DNA of 64,000 nt, taken from positions 27,041-91,040 of the forward strand of contig JBEQLE010000005.1 in NCBI GenBank assembly GCA_040326155.1, given 5' to 3'. Made by a program: the position numbers and the translations under genes. Each line of letters starts with the position of its first letter. The stretch's first letter is position 1. Origin of the DNA: Leptospirales bacterium. GTDB lineage: Bacteria > Spirochaetota > Leptospiria > Turneriellales > JAOUFE01. A model generated the notes under the pieces. That model was not told the origin of the DNA, did not search any database, and saw only the letters and a program-made list of their open reading frames with translations. Below, piece by piece: positions 8,501-15,174 of the stretch.

Positions 8501-10643
8501 TTACTTCGGCTAAGCGAAGCTTCCCTATTTTCAAATGAAACACAGATTTCTCACCGGAACTGAGCATATCGTAAGCAGCTTGTTGAACCCTGTCATGAAG
8601 GAACCTGTACTCAACGTCAAAAGCAATATCTGTCTCCGGGTTATCACTGATATATTTATAATTATCTCCTATCGGCTGAATTAGATCGCTTGAGACAGCC
8701 GGGGTAAGTTGTGTAATTACTTCAGCATGCGGTAATTGCAGTAAAAATAAAAGTTCTTTATGGGTAAATTTATTGCCAATGCAAGCTGCTCTTTTTATCA
8801 ACTGCTGGCTCGGCTCGGGAAGTTTTTTAATATTTTTTATCATTAAATCGATAACATTATCAGAATCTTCCAGGTTTTGAATACTTTGAATATCCCAGGT
8901 CCAGACTTTTTCAGCAACGCTAAACATGGCCAATTTAGACTGGTAAATATCAATTAACAATTGATTAATAAAAAGAGGGTTACCATTGGTTTTTTTATGT
9001 ATAACTTCGGCTAATGATAAGGAGTTCTCTTCGGTGCACAAAAACGTATCACAAATTATCTCTTGAACCGTGGACAATGAAAATGGCAACAACAATAATT
9101 CATTAACAAGATTATTGGCCTTTTTAAATCGGGCAAGCATCACTAAAAGCGGGTGCGACAAATCCACTTCGTTGCTGCGGTATGCTCCAATGACAAATAA
9201 ATGAGTTATCTCCGTATCGGTACAAATTATCTCGATTAAATTCAAGGAAGCTGCATCTGCCCAATGAAGGTCGTCTAAAAACATTGCCAAAGGATGTTCT
9301 TTCGTTCCAAAGACCTGAACGAACTTTTTAAAATAAAAATTAAACATGTTTTGTGACTCTAGAGCACCGAGCGTCGGAACCTCCGGTTGCTCTCCGATAA
9401 TAATTTCCAGCTGCGGAAGAACATCGATTATGATTTGACCGCTTCCCTCCAGAGCCTCCAGAATTTTAAGTTTCCAGATTTCAATTTGACTATCACTCTG
9501 TGTAAGAATCTGGCGTATTAAATCCTGAAAAGCCTGAATAACCGCAGAGTATGGTATATTTCTTTTATATTGCTCAAATTTACCATTTATAAAATGGCCG
9601 GTGGATTCAGTAATCGGTTTGTATATTTCATGAATCAAGGATGATTTCCCGACCCCTGAATAACCTGAAACCAACATGATTCCGGTTTGGCCATTGCAAA
9701 CGCTCTCATACGCAGATAGAAGTTTCTGGATTTCGCTTTCACGACCATAAAGCTTATCCGGTATTTTAAATATATCCGGGGTATCGTTCATTCCCGCACG
9801 GAAGTTTTCTAAAGATCGATTAGTATTTAGGCTGGTTAATATTTTTTCAAAGTCCGATTTAACGGTAAAGGCGCTTTTATAACGGTCTTCGGCATTTTTT
9901 GCCATCATTTTCAAAACGACATCCGATATTGCCTTTGGGATTGTATCATAGGTTTCATACAATTGTTTTGGCGCTTTTGCAATATGCATATGAACCAGTT
10001 CCATGTTGTCGTTTGCAATAAAAGGTCTTTTTCTTGAAAAAAGCTCATAAAATGTAACACCAAGAGAATAAATATCCGACTGATAGCGAATGGGTCGGTT
10101 CATTCTACCAGTTTGTTCGGGTGAAATGTAAGCAAGTGTGCCTTCAAGGTGGTCCGGGTTCGTTAGCTCCTGGTTTTCATGGGTAAGCCTGGTGGCAATT
10201 TCAAAATCAATAACTTTTATAACCCCGGTTTCCGGATTAAATAAAATATTATTTGGATTGATGTCTTTATGAATAATTCCACTATTATGAATCTCTGCAA
10301 GAATGCCTGCGATTACAGCTGCAAGCTGATAACGATCCATTAAAGAAACCGTGTTATCCTCTATAATATTGTTTAAGGGCTCTCCTTTAAAATCTTCCAT
10401 TACCAATATTGGATAATTGTCCAATTTCTCGTAAGCTAAAATCTTGATAACACCATTTATATTTAGATCGTTTAATAGTTTATATTCGTGTTTTAAACGG
10501 GCAACTTCAATAGGCTGTGGAAACTCAGAATTCATTGCACGAATAATGACAGTTTCCCCGGTAGTTACTTTTTTTGCGCGGATAATACTGGAATGCTTTC
10601 CGGTAAACAAGGTTTCCATTCGTTTGTATTTTTTATTTTGCAT
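5526..10643 (-). CDS. Ser/Thr kinase-like + AAA ATPase + GAF + GGDEF diguanylate cyclase (HstK-like architecture)
   Basis: HKDINPNN, GTLAYISPEQTGR, Walker A GYSGVGKS, Walker B LDDLHWAD, FLHDRVQQAAY, GAF (IIYLENN), C-terminal RPTD I-site and RYGGEEF. Confidence 0.93.
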   Translation of the reverse strand: MQNKKYKRMETLFTGKHSSIIRAKKVTTGETVIIRAMNSEFPQPIEVARLKHEYKLLNDLNINGVIKILAYEKLDNYPILVMEDFKGEPLNNIIEDNTVSLMDRYQLAAVIAGILAEIHNSGIIHKDINPNNILFNPETGVIKVIDFEIATRLTHENQELTNPDHLEGTLAYISPEQTGRMNRPIRYQSDIYSLGVTFYELFSRKRPFIANDNMELVHMHIAKAPKQLYETYDTIPKAISDVVLKMMAKNAEDRYKSAFTVKSDFEKILTSLNTNRSLENFRAGMNDTPDIFKIPDKLYGRESEIQKLLSAYESVCNGQTGIMLVSGYSGVGKSSLIHEIYKPITESTGHFINGKFEQYKRNIPYSAVIQAFQDLIRQILTQSDSQIEIWKLKILEALEGSGQIIIDVLPQLEIIIGEQPEVPTLGALESQNMFNFYFKKFVQVFGTKEHPLAMFLDDLHWADAASLNLIEIICTDTEITHLFVIGAYRSNEVDLSHPLLVMLARFKKANNLVNELLLLPFSLSTVQEIICDTFLCTEENSLSLAEVIHKKTNGNPLFINQLLIDIYQSKLAMFSVAEKVWTWDIQSIQNLEDSDNVIDLMIKNIKKLPEPSQQLIKRAACIGNKFTHKELLFLLQLPHAEVITQLTPAVSSDLIQPIGDNYKYISDNPETDIAFDVEYRFLHDRVQQAAYDMLSSGEKSVFHLKIGKLRLAEVKEKHLSEYIFEIVNHYDLALDLIVDAKEKLELAKLNLQAAIRAKESIAYEPALRYIQTARNLLKEDLFKTHNDFWHKVNLELAEIEHLCGNHENAKKIFNETLEIASNRDQKSAVYEKMIHFYTNLGDFKTAYQTGRKAVRLYGVKLPSAFIPPLLIKDFIKLKIKMAGKKIEDLVNLSLCENEDKAYAMKLIAALLKAAYQIRPELCIHNAIKGVTLSLKYGNIKDNAVSYLVYGGIFRGGVLGNHQSGYEFGRLALSMNEKFDYKNQRSEINFVSAYFTNFWLRPVTETEEYYKASYESGLHTGDFFHVSCAVSTLVMSQFIRGVNLDEVKKIAENFQEFMHRIANKEAVGTIQSVLSTIANLNGLTSSRDSFSDNNLVEEEYIKEINTFTALHFSHFYYVNKMFSLYLWGNFSEAYNISLESKKYLKYSLAMLHTTEHYFITALILSALYNQKPRKKYLKEIRKIQKKIKSWADKNPVNFGYQYLLVSAELEKHKGKVLSAIRLYEEASQSALKNGFIQKSGIANELAGRLLVKENNKKLAWPFLRDAISGYSAWGAKAIAEKTEAEFSNLQAFAGSVDLSNRTTNKTLLKPENFSNTSVPGKVEISSTTKSLLDIDTVVKATVAISSEIKFDSLLKKLMHIIIENAGAQRGIFISNENNQLWIEAEDSIEENSLLKFERTPAEGYDRIPFSMVQFVSRTSEVVMLTGDGIDHRFENDSYFKKNQIKSVLCTPVRYKGEVTGIIYLENNLTSDAFTESRIEMLEMISTQAAISIENARHYETLEDKVIDRTRIIEEEKEKLKVAMQEIVDANRILQRLAVVDALTGLANRRHFDEFINAEWDNGIRDHNLLSLIMIDIDFFKKYNDGYGHQKGDECIKIVADAIRGQLNRPTDIAARYGGEEFAVILPNTTAQGAFVIAENIQRHIESLALKHDFSEILKVVTVSEGVATIKPTSTETPGLLIERADKALYAAKHKGRNRVKTHKEIK

Positions 10644-10853
10644 ATTATAGCTACCAAAATCGATTGAATACTAGTATAGATTAAACCGATAATCCGGCAA
10701 TAAAAATAATACGTATAATGTCGCTGAGGGATACATTTACCAAATTCGTGAATATACGATAAAAAAATACCTGACTTGTGCAACGATTATTGCATAATCT
10801 AACAATAGAGTAGAAAACGGCACAATAGTTTAAAAATTAAAAAGGAGAGTACA

Positions 10854-10953
10854 ATGATAAATAGTGTTTTAAGAACGATGCAAACGGAGGATTGGGCAGC
10901 GGGTTAAGATGGAAAATTATTGGAATTATATTCACCTTCCTGATTTTAAATGA
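10854..10953 (+). pseudogene. Probable truncated GNAT acetyltransferase remnant
   Basis: Strong RBS AAAGGAG then MINSVLRTMQTEDWAAG* (10854-10907). Removing one G gives EDWAAVK, matching the 'IR.M..EDW.AV..IY' GNAT N-terminus. A terminator follows. Confidence 0.45.
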
Positions 10954-10978
10954 GCCCTCCATGGCTCATTTAATTTTT
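10946..10978 (+). terminator. Rho-independent terminator
   Basis: ttaaatgagcc-ctccat-ggctcatttaa stem followed by a T-run. Confidence 0.7.
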
Positions 10979-11224
10979 ACTACAGATTTCATCCGATAAC
11001 AGATTTCAATCTGCCAATTGGCCGGGGCCAACTGGCCAACGGCTCGCGACCTGTTCGGTCGTTCGGGTCTCGCAAATAGCTCGACCACATTTTGGACCTG
11101 AAGATTTAGGTCGGATTCACGGGGTCAATGAACGCAGAGATTCGAAAAGCTCTCACATCGTGTGCTCACAAAATTATGCTTAATGAAATATGTTTGACTT
11201 TTCAATTGTATTATATAAATTTCT

Positions 11225-11280
11225 ATATAATACCTGATACAACCGAATTAGATGGAAAACTATTTAATTATATGTTATAT
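11225..11280 (+). mobile_element. Degenerate attC-like site ending in GTTATAT
   Basis: ATATAAT-acctg-ATACAACCGAA...TTA-N7-GTTATAT, 56 bp, with R''/L''/L'/R'-like spacing. Confidence 0.4.
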
Positions 11281-11327
11281 ATAAACAGATACGTGGCATG
11301 CAATAGTGAAGTAGAAAAAGGATTGTT

Positions 11328-12740
11328 ATGAAAAAATTATCAATTGGATTTAAAAATATTGCTTTAGTTAAAGAGATTGAATCTCCTGAAAACCCAGGTG
11401 GATTAGAAAAAAGAGTTGCTTTAACACCAGAAGATGTTGGGCAATTAACAGCCGTCGGGGTAAAAGTATTTGTTGAATATGGTGCAGGTCTAGGTGTAAA
11501 TTTTGAAGATGAAGAATATCTTAAAAATGGTGCTGTGATGCAAAAAGCAGATGAGATATACAAAGATAAAGATATGATTATTAAATTTAAAGGCCCATCT
11601 TTGCAGTCTATATCCAAGATGAAAAAAGGTTGTACTCTGTTTTGTATGGCACATTTTCACTCATTCCCGGATAGAGCAAAAATCCTTGAGAAGTTTCAAA
11701 TAAATGTTATAGCTATGGAAGAGATTCTTGAATCCCCAAAAGTACAAACCGATGAGCAGATATTAGCACGGGTTGCGATGGCCGAAGCATTAAAAAGTTT
11801 TATTGATAATGAAACAATTGGAAATCTAAAAATATTTGTTATAGGCCGAAGTGAAAGACTAGCGGGCGCTATTAGAAGGGCAGGAAATCGCAATCCCCAT
11901 TCACTAAATATTTTACATAAAGATGTAAAATTTGAAGAGTTAAAAGAAACAGGTAGAGAAACTCTGTATGTTTATGATAGTGAAGGTTTTAATGATTCAA
12001 ACAGACTAATTGAAAAATTAAAACAAAATAATTCATATATTTTTGATCTTCATAAATTTAAAGTAGAAAGTGGGGATGTGGCAATTGCTAATTATAGAAA
12101 AACACATACGCCTTTTGAATTTGGTTTGCGAAGAATTCAGTGTCTTCATGAAACAGGGCAAGCAGGTGCAAGGTATGGGATTAAACTACTTAAAGAAAAT
12201 AAACCTCAAATAGATATCTGTGAAGCAAAAGTTGTTGTATTGGGTTATGGTAATGTAGCAAGGGGTGCAATGCATGAAATATATAATCAAGGTTTTAAAA
12301 ATATCAATATTTTAGGTCGTACCCAAACAGCTAAAGATAAAATAGATTTTTGGTTAAAAGATGTTGATTTGGTTGTAAATGGTGCAGAACTACCACGAGA
12401 ACAAAGAGGTATCACTTATCTTGTAAGTAATGACCATCTAAAAAGAGTAATTCCCAAAGGCTCAGTTGTGATTGACCTTGTAGGTGGAAGTGAGACAAAC
12501 AGAAGCGCTGTTGAATCCGTACTTAGCTGCACATTTTTAACGGAGCCTCATTTTATTAAAGAAGAAGTTACAGTTTCAGCATTGTGGGGTTGGCCAATGC
12601 TGGGAATGATGAGAGAGAGTGCTATAAAATATTCAAGTCAAATTACAGATGTTCTAATTAGAAGAGAAAAATTAATCGAAGGGATAGATACTTTAACAGC
12701 TGGCGTAAAACGAGCATTGGTTTGCGGACCATTTGAATAG
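11328..12740 (+). CDS. Alanine dehydrogenase/PNT-superfamily NAD(P)-dependent oxidoreductase with central insertion
   Basis: EKRVALTPEDV, VFVEYGAG and IIKFKGP (AlaDH_PNT_N), plus C-terminal Rossmann VVVLGYGNVARGA and SVVIDL. Visibly AT-richer than neighbours. Confidence 0.8.
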   Translation: MKKLSIGFKNIALVKEIESPENPGGLEKRVALTPEDVGQLTAVGVKVFVEYGAGLGVNFEDEEYLKNGAVMQKADEIYKDKDMIIKFKGPSLQSISKMKKGCTLFCMAHFHSFPDRAKILEKFQINVIAMEEILESPKVQTDEQILARVAMAEALKSFIDNETIGNLKIFVIGRSERLAGAIRRAGNRNPHSLNILHKDVKFEELKETGRETLYVYDSEGFNDSNRLIEKLKQNNSYIFDLHKFKVESGDVAIANYRKTHTPFEFGLRRIQCLHETGQAGARYGIKLLKENKPQIDICEAKVVVLGYGNVARGAMHEIYNQGFKNINILGRTQTAKDKIDFWLKDVDLVVNGAELPREQRGITYLVSNDHLKRVIPKGSVVIDLVGGSETNRSAVESVLSCTFLTEPHFIKEEVTVSALWGWPMLGMMRESAIKYSSQITDVLIRREKLIEGIDTLTAGVKRALVCGPFE

Positions 12741-12745
12741 GCAAT

Positions 12746-12775
12746 ATATAACAAGTGCTTCAAATTGGATTCGTG
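12746..12775 (+). mobile_element. 5' half of an attC-like site
   Basis: ATATAAC-aagtg-CTTCAAATTGGATTCG, 5 bp after the stop codon. ATATAAC is the exact reverse complement of GTTATAT at 11274-11280. Confidence 0.5.
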
Positions 12776-12784
12776 GCTACAAAC

Positions 12785-12990
12785 CTAAGACTTCAGCAGA
12801 GGTAAAACGACAACCATCAGAACGCTCACGAAGTTCACGGCCCAATGTGCGATGACAGCGGTAACAGACGGCGGATGCGCAAATACACCATTAATAATGC
12901 GACTCCAGTAAGAAGACTTGATCCAAATCGGTAGACCGCCCAAACCGAGAAGCAAGTCCCGTCGAAGCTTTAGGCGCTGGAAACCGATCT
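12785..12990 (-). pseudogene. Remnant of CPBP (CAAX/Abi) family intramembrane metalloprotease
   Basis: Minus strand gives IGFQRLKLRRDLLLGLGG, then (frame change) LLTGVALLMVYLRIRRLLPL, then (frameshift) VIAHWAVNFVSVL...*. The HxxxN motif is present and the EExxxR core is absent. Confidence 0.65.
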
Positions 12991-13002
12991 TCCCTCTCTC
13001 TC

Positions 13003-13028
13003 TTTTCCTGCACTTCCTGCCTTCCTTA
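13003..13028 (-). repeat. Purine-rich dispersed repeat, copy 2
   Basis: Reverse complement is taaggaaggcaggaagtgcaggaaaa. Confidence 0.8.
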
Positions 13029-13066
13029 CTAAAATTCTTTATTCGTTTTCCTGAAGATGATACTTC

Positions 13067-13169
13067 AAAATAAAAAACAAATCTCTACCGCGGTCGAATT
13101 CCGAACTATGTACAGTTAACTGAATTTACATTTACACTTCGAAAAAACAGGTCTGGTATACGGCCATAT
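13067..13169. repeat. ~100-bp junction element, copy A
   Basis: Core gcggtcgaattccgaactatgtacag (13090-13115) matches 47814-47839 at 24/26. Flanks and the distal cggccatat are also shared. Confidence 0.75.
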
Positions 13170-13268
13170 TTTCATATAAAGACTGGAAAAGATTTTTTCC
13201 TTGTTGTGTTGTTTCCAATTTTGACCATTGGGTTACGTGGATTTTATTTTTATGATTCGAGGAAACGA

Positions 13269-14537
13269 ATGGAACTGACCCAGGAAGAACGAGCATATAT
13301 TCAACTGTTAGTGAAAGGGGCTGCTTCGGCGCAAATTGCCTTACGTCAGGTGGGAACCCTTCAAAAAAACGAGGCTATTGAAGGTTTAGCTGCGCTGCTT
13401 GATGAGAACAGAGCTAAGATTAAAATTGAGAATGCAGTTGATATTGAGTACGCGATACAAAACTCATACGCACAGTCCATGGTTGACCGGTTGTTGCTCG
13501 ATGACAAAGCGATTGACTCTATTATAAAGTCGATGTTTGAAATTGCCGCCTTAAAAGACCCCGTAGGTGATGTCGTTTCGGGTACTGTTTTACCTAATGG
13601 ATTAAATCTGCAAAAGGTTCGGGTACCGATTGGTGTGGTGACTATTATTTATGAGTCTAGACCAAATGTTACTGTTGATGTAGGCGCTCTGGGTCTGAAA
13701 TCTTCCAATGCTGTTATTTTGCGCGGCGGTAAAGAGGCTCTTCATAGTAATAAAATACTGGCTCGTATGTTTCAGAAGGCCCTTTCCGGAGCCTCCATAC
13801 CGGTTGAAGCTGTTCAACTTGTTGAAAAAACCAACCGTAATTTAATGTATGGGCTTCTTCGAATGAAAGATCATATTGATCTGGTGGTACCTCGTGGTGG
13901 GTCCGGGCTTATTAACTATGTAACCGAAAACAGCCTCATACCTGTTGTAAAACACGACAAAGGCGTTTGCCATGTTTATATTCATCCAAGCGCAGAAAAA
14001 GAGATGGCCATAAAACTGGTTTTAAATTCAAAAGTAAAAAGACCCGGGGTGTGTAACGCCGCTGAAACCTTACTGCTCGATGAAAATTTTGAATTTTCCA
14101 CAGAAGTATTAAACGCCCTGGCCGAAGCCGGTGTTACCTTAAGGGGCGATAAAAAAACCCAGGACCGGTTTTCTACATTTAATATGGAACCTCTTACCGA
14201 AGAGGGTTACGATAAAGAGTATTTGGGTCTGGAAATTTCAATTAAGGCTGTCGATAATCTTGAAGCGGCAATAGCCCATATTAATGAATATTCTTCTTCT
14301 CATTCAGAAGCCATTATAGCCCAGGATTTTACAGCTATAAACGTTTTTACCAAAAGCCTCGATTCTGCCGCTTTGTTTGTGAACGCTTCCACCTATTTTC
14401 ATGACGGAGGACAATTTGGCTTTGGGGCCGAAGTCGGAATATCCACCGGAAAACTTCATTGTCGAGGACCGATGGGTCTTACCGATTTAACAACGACAAA
14501 ATATATTGTGACCGGCAACGGGCAAATTCGCACATAA
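13269..14537 (+). CDS. proA: Gamma-glutamyl phosphate reductase
   Basis: VPIGVVTIIYESRPNVT, CNAAETLL, VNASTYFHDGGQFGFGAEVGISTGKLHCRGPMG. RBS GAGG before ATG 13269. Confidence 0.97.
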   Translation: MELTQEERAYIQLLVKGAASAQIALRQVGTLQKNEAIEGLAALLDENRAKIKIENAVDIEYAIQNSYAQSMVDRLLLDDKAIDSIIKSMFEIAALKDPVGDVVSGTVLPNGLNLQKVRVPIGVVTIIYESRPNVTVDVGALGLKSSNAVILRGGKEALHSNKILARMFQKALSGASIPVEAVQLVEKTNRNLMYGLLRMKDHIDLVVPRGGSGLINYVTENSLIPVVKHDKGVCHVYIHPSAEKEMAIKLVLNSKVKRPGVCNAAETLLLDENFEFSTEVLNALAEAGVTLRGDKKTQDRFSTFNMEPLTEEGYDKEYLGLEISIKAVDNLEAAIAHINEYSSSHSEAIIAQDFTAINVFTKSLDSAALFVNASTYFHDGGQFGFGAEVGISTGKLHCRGPMGLTDLTTTKYIVTGNGQIRT

Positions 14538-15157
14538 TGGCGACTGACACACCGCTCATTTTGTATGGCGGTACTTTTGACCCTCCCCATTTTGGGCATA
14601 AGAAAATTGCCGAATATGTGACCCAGAAAGTACCATATGAAAAAATGTTTATTGTACCGGCTTTTTCACCTCCGCATAAATTTGAACAAAAGACAACACC
14701 TTTTCAAGATCGTTTGAAAATGTTGCAATTGCTTTTTGATGATGTGGTTTTACCTGAAGTAGAAATATCTCCAATGGAGAAAGGACTGCCGGAACCCAGT
14801 TATACCTGGCGAACCCTGGAATATATGGAAAAACAATATCCCGGAAAAAAAATATCGATTGTCTTAGGCAACGATATGTATAACCAATTGCCGACATGGA
14901 ATAATTATGAATTGCTGAGAAAAAAATACAGTTTTATTGTACTTGATCGCTCTCTCGGCAGTACTGAAAAAGATGGTCATGAAAAAGATGTTTTTTTGCA
15001 GAATCCGAAATGGGACACTTCCTCTCAGGTTATTCGAGCTGCGTATAAAACATATTACCAAACCCGGGAAATGCCGGAAGTTATAAAAAAATGGATACCG
15101 CCGACTATTCATGATTACATTTGCAATCATAATTTATATTCAGACCAGAGTTCATAA
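14537..15157 (+). CDS. nadD: Nicotinate-nucleotide adenylyltransferase
   Basis: YGGTFDPPHFGH, PPHK, SYTWRTL. TAATG coupling to proA. Confidence 0.95.
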   Translation: MATDTPLILYGGTFDPPHFGHKKIAEYVTQKVPYEKMFIVPAFSPPHKFEQKTTPFQDRLKMLQLLFDDVVLPEVEISPMEKGLPEPSYTWRTLEYMEKQYPGKKISIVLGNDMYNQLPTWNNYELLRKKYSFIVLDRSLGSTEKDGHEKDVFLQNPKWDTSSQVIRAAYKTYYQTREMPEVIKKWIPPTIHDYICNHNLYSDQSS

Positions 15158-15174
15158 AAGGATAAGTACAGTTC

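Noticed and set aside
10993..11012. gataac-agat-ttcaatctg as a further attC site
   Set aside because: Spacer length is off and no matching right-hand boxes were found.
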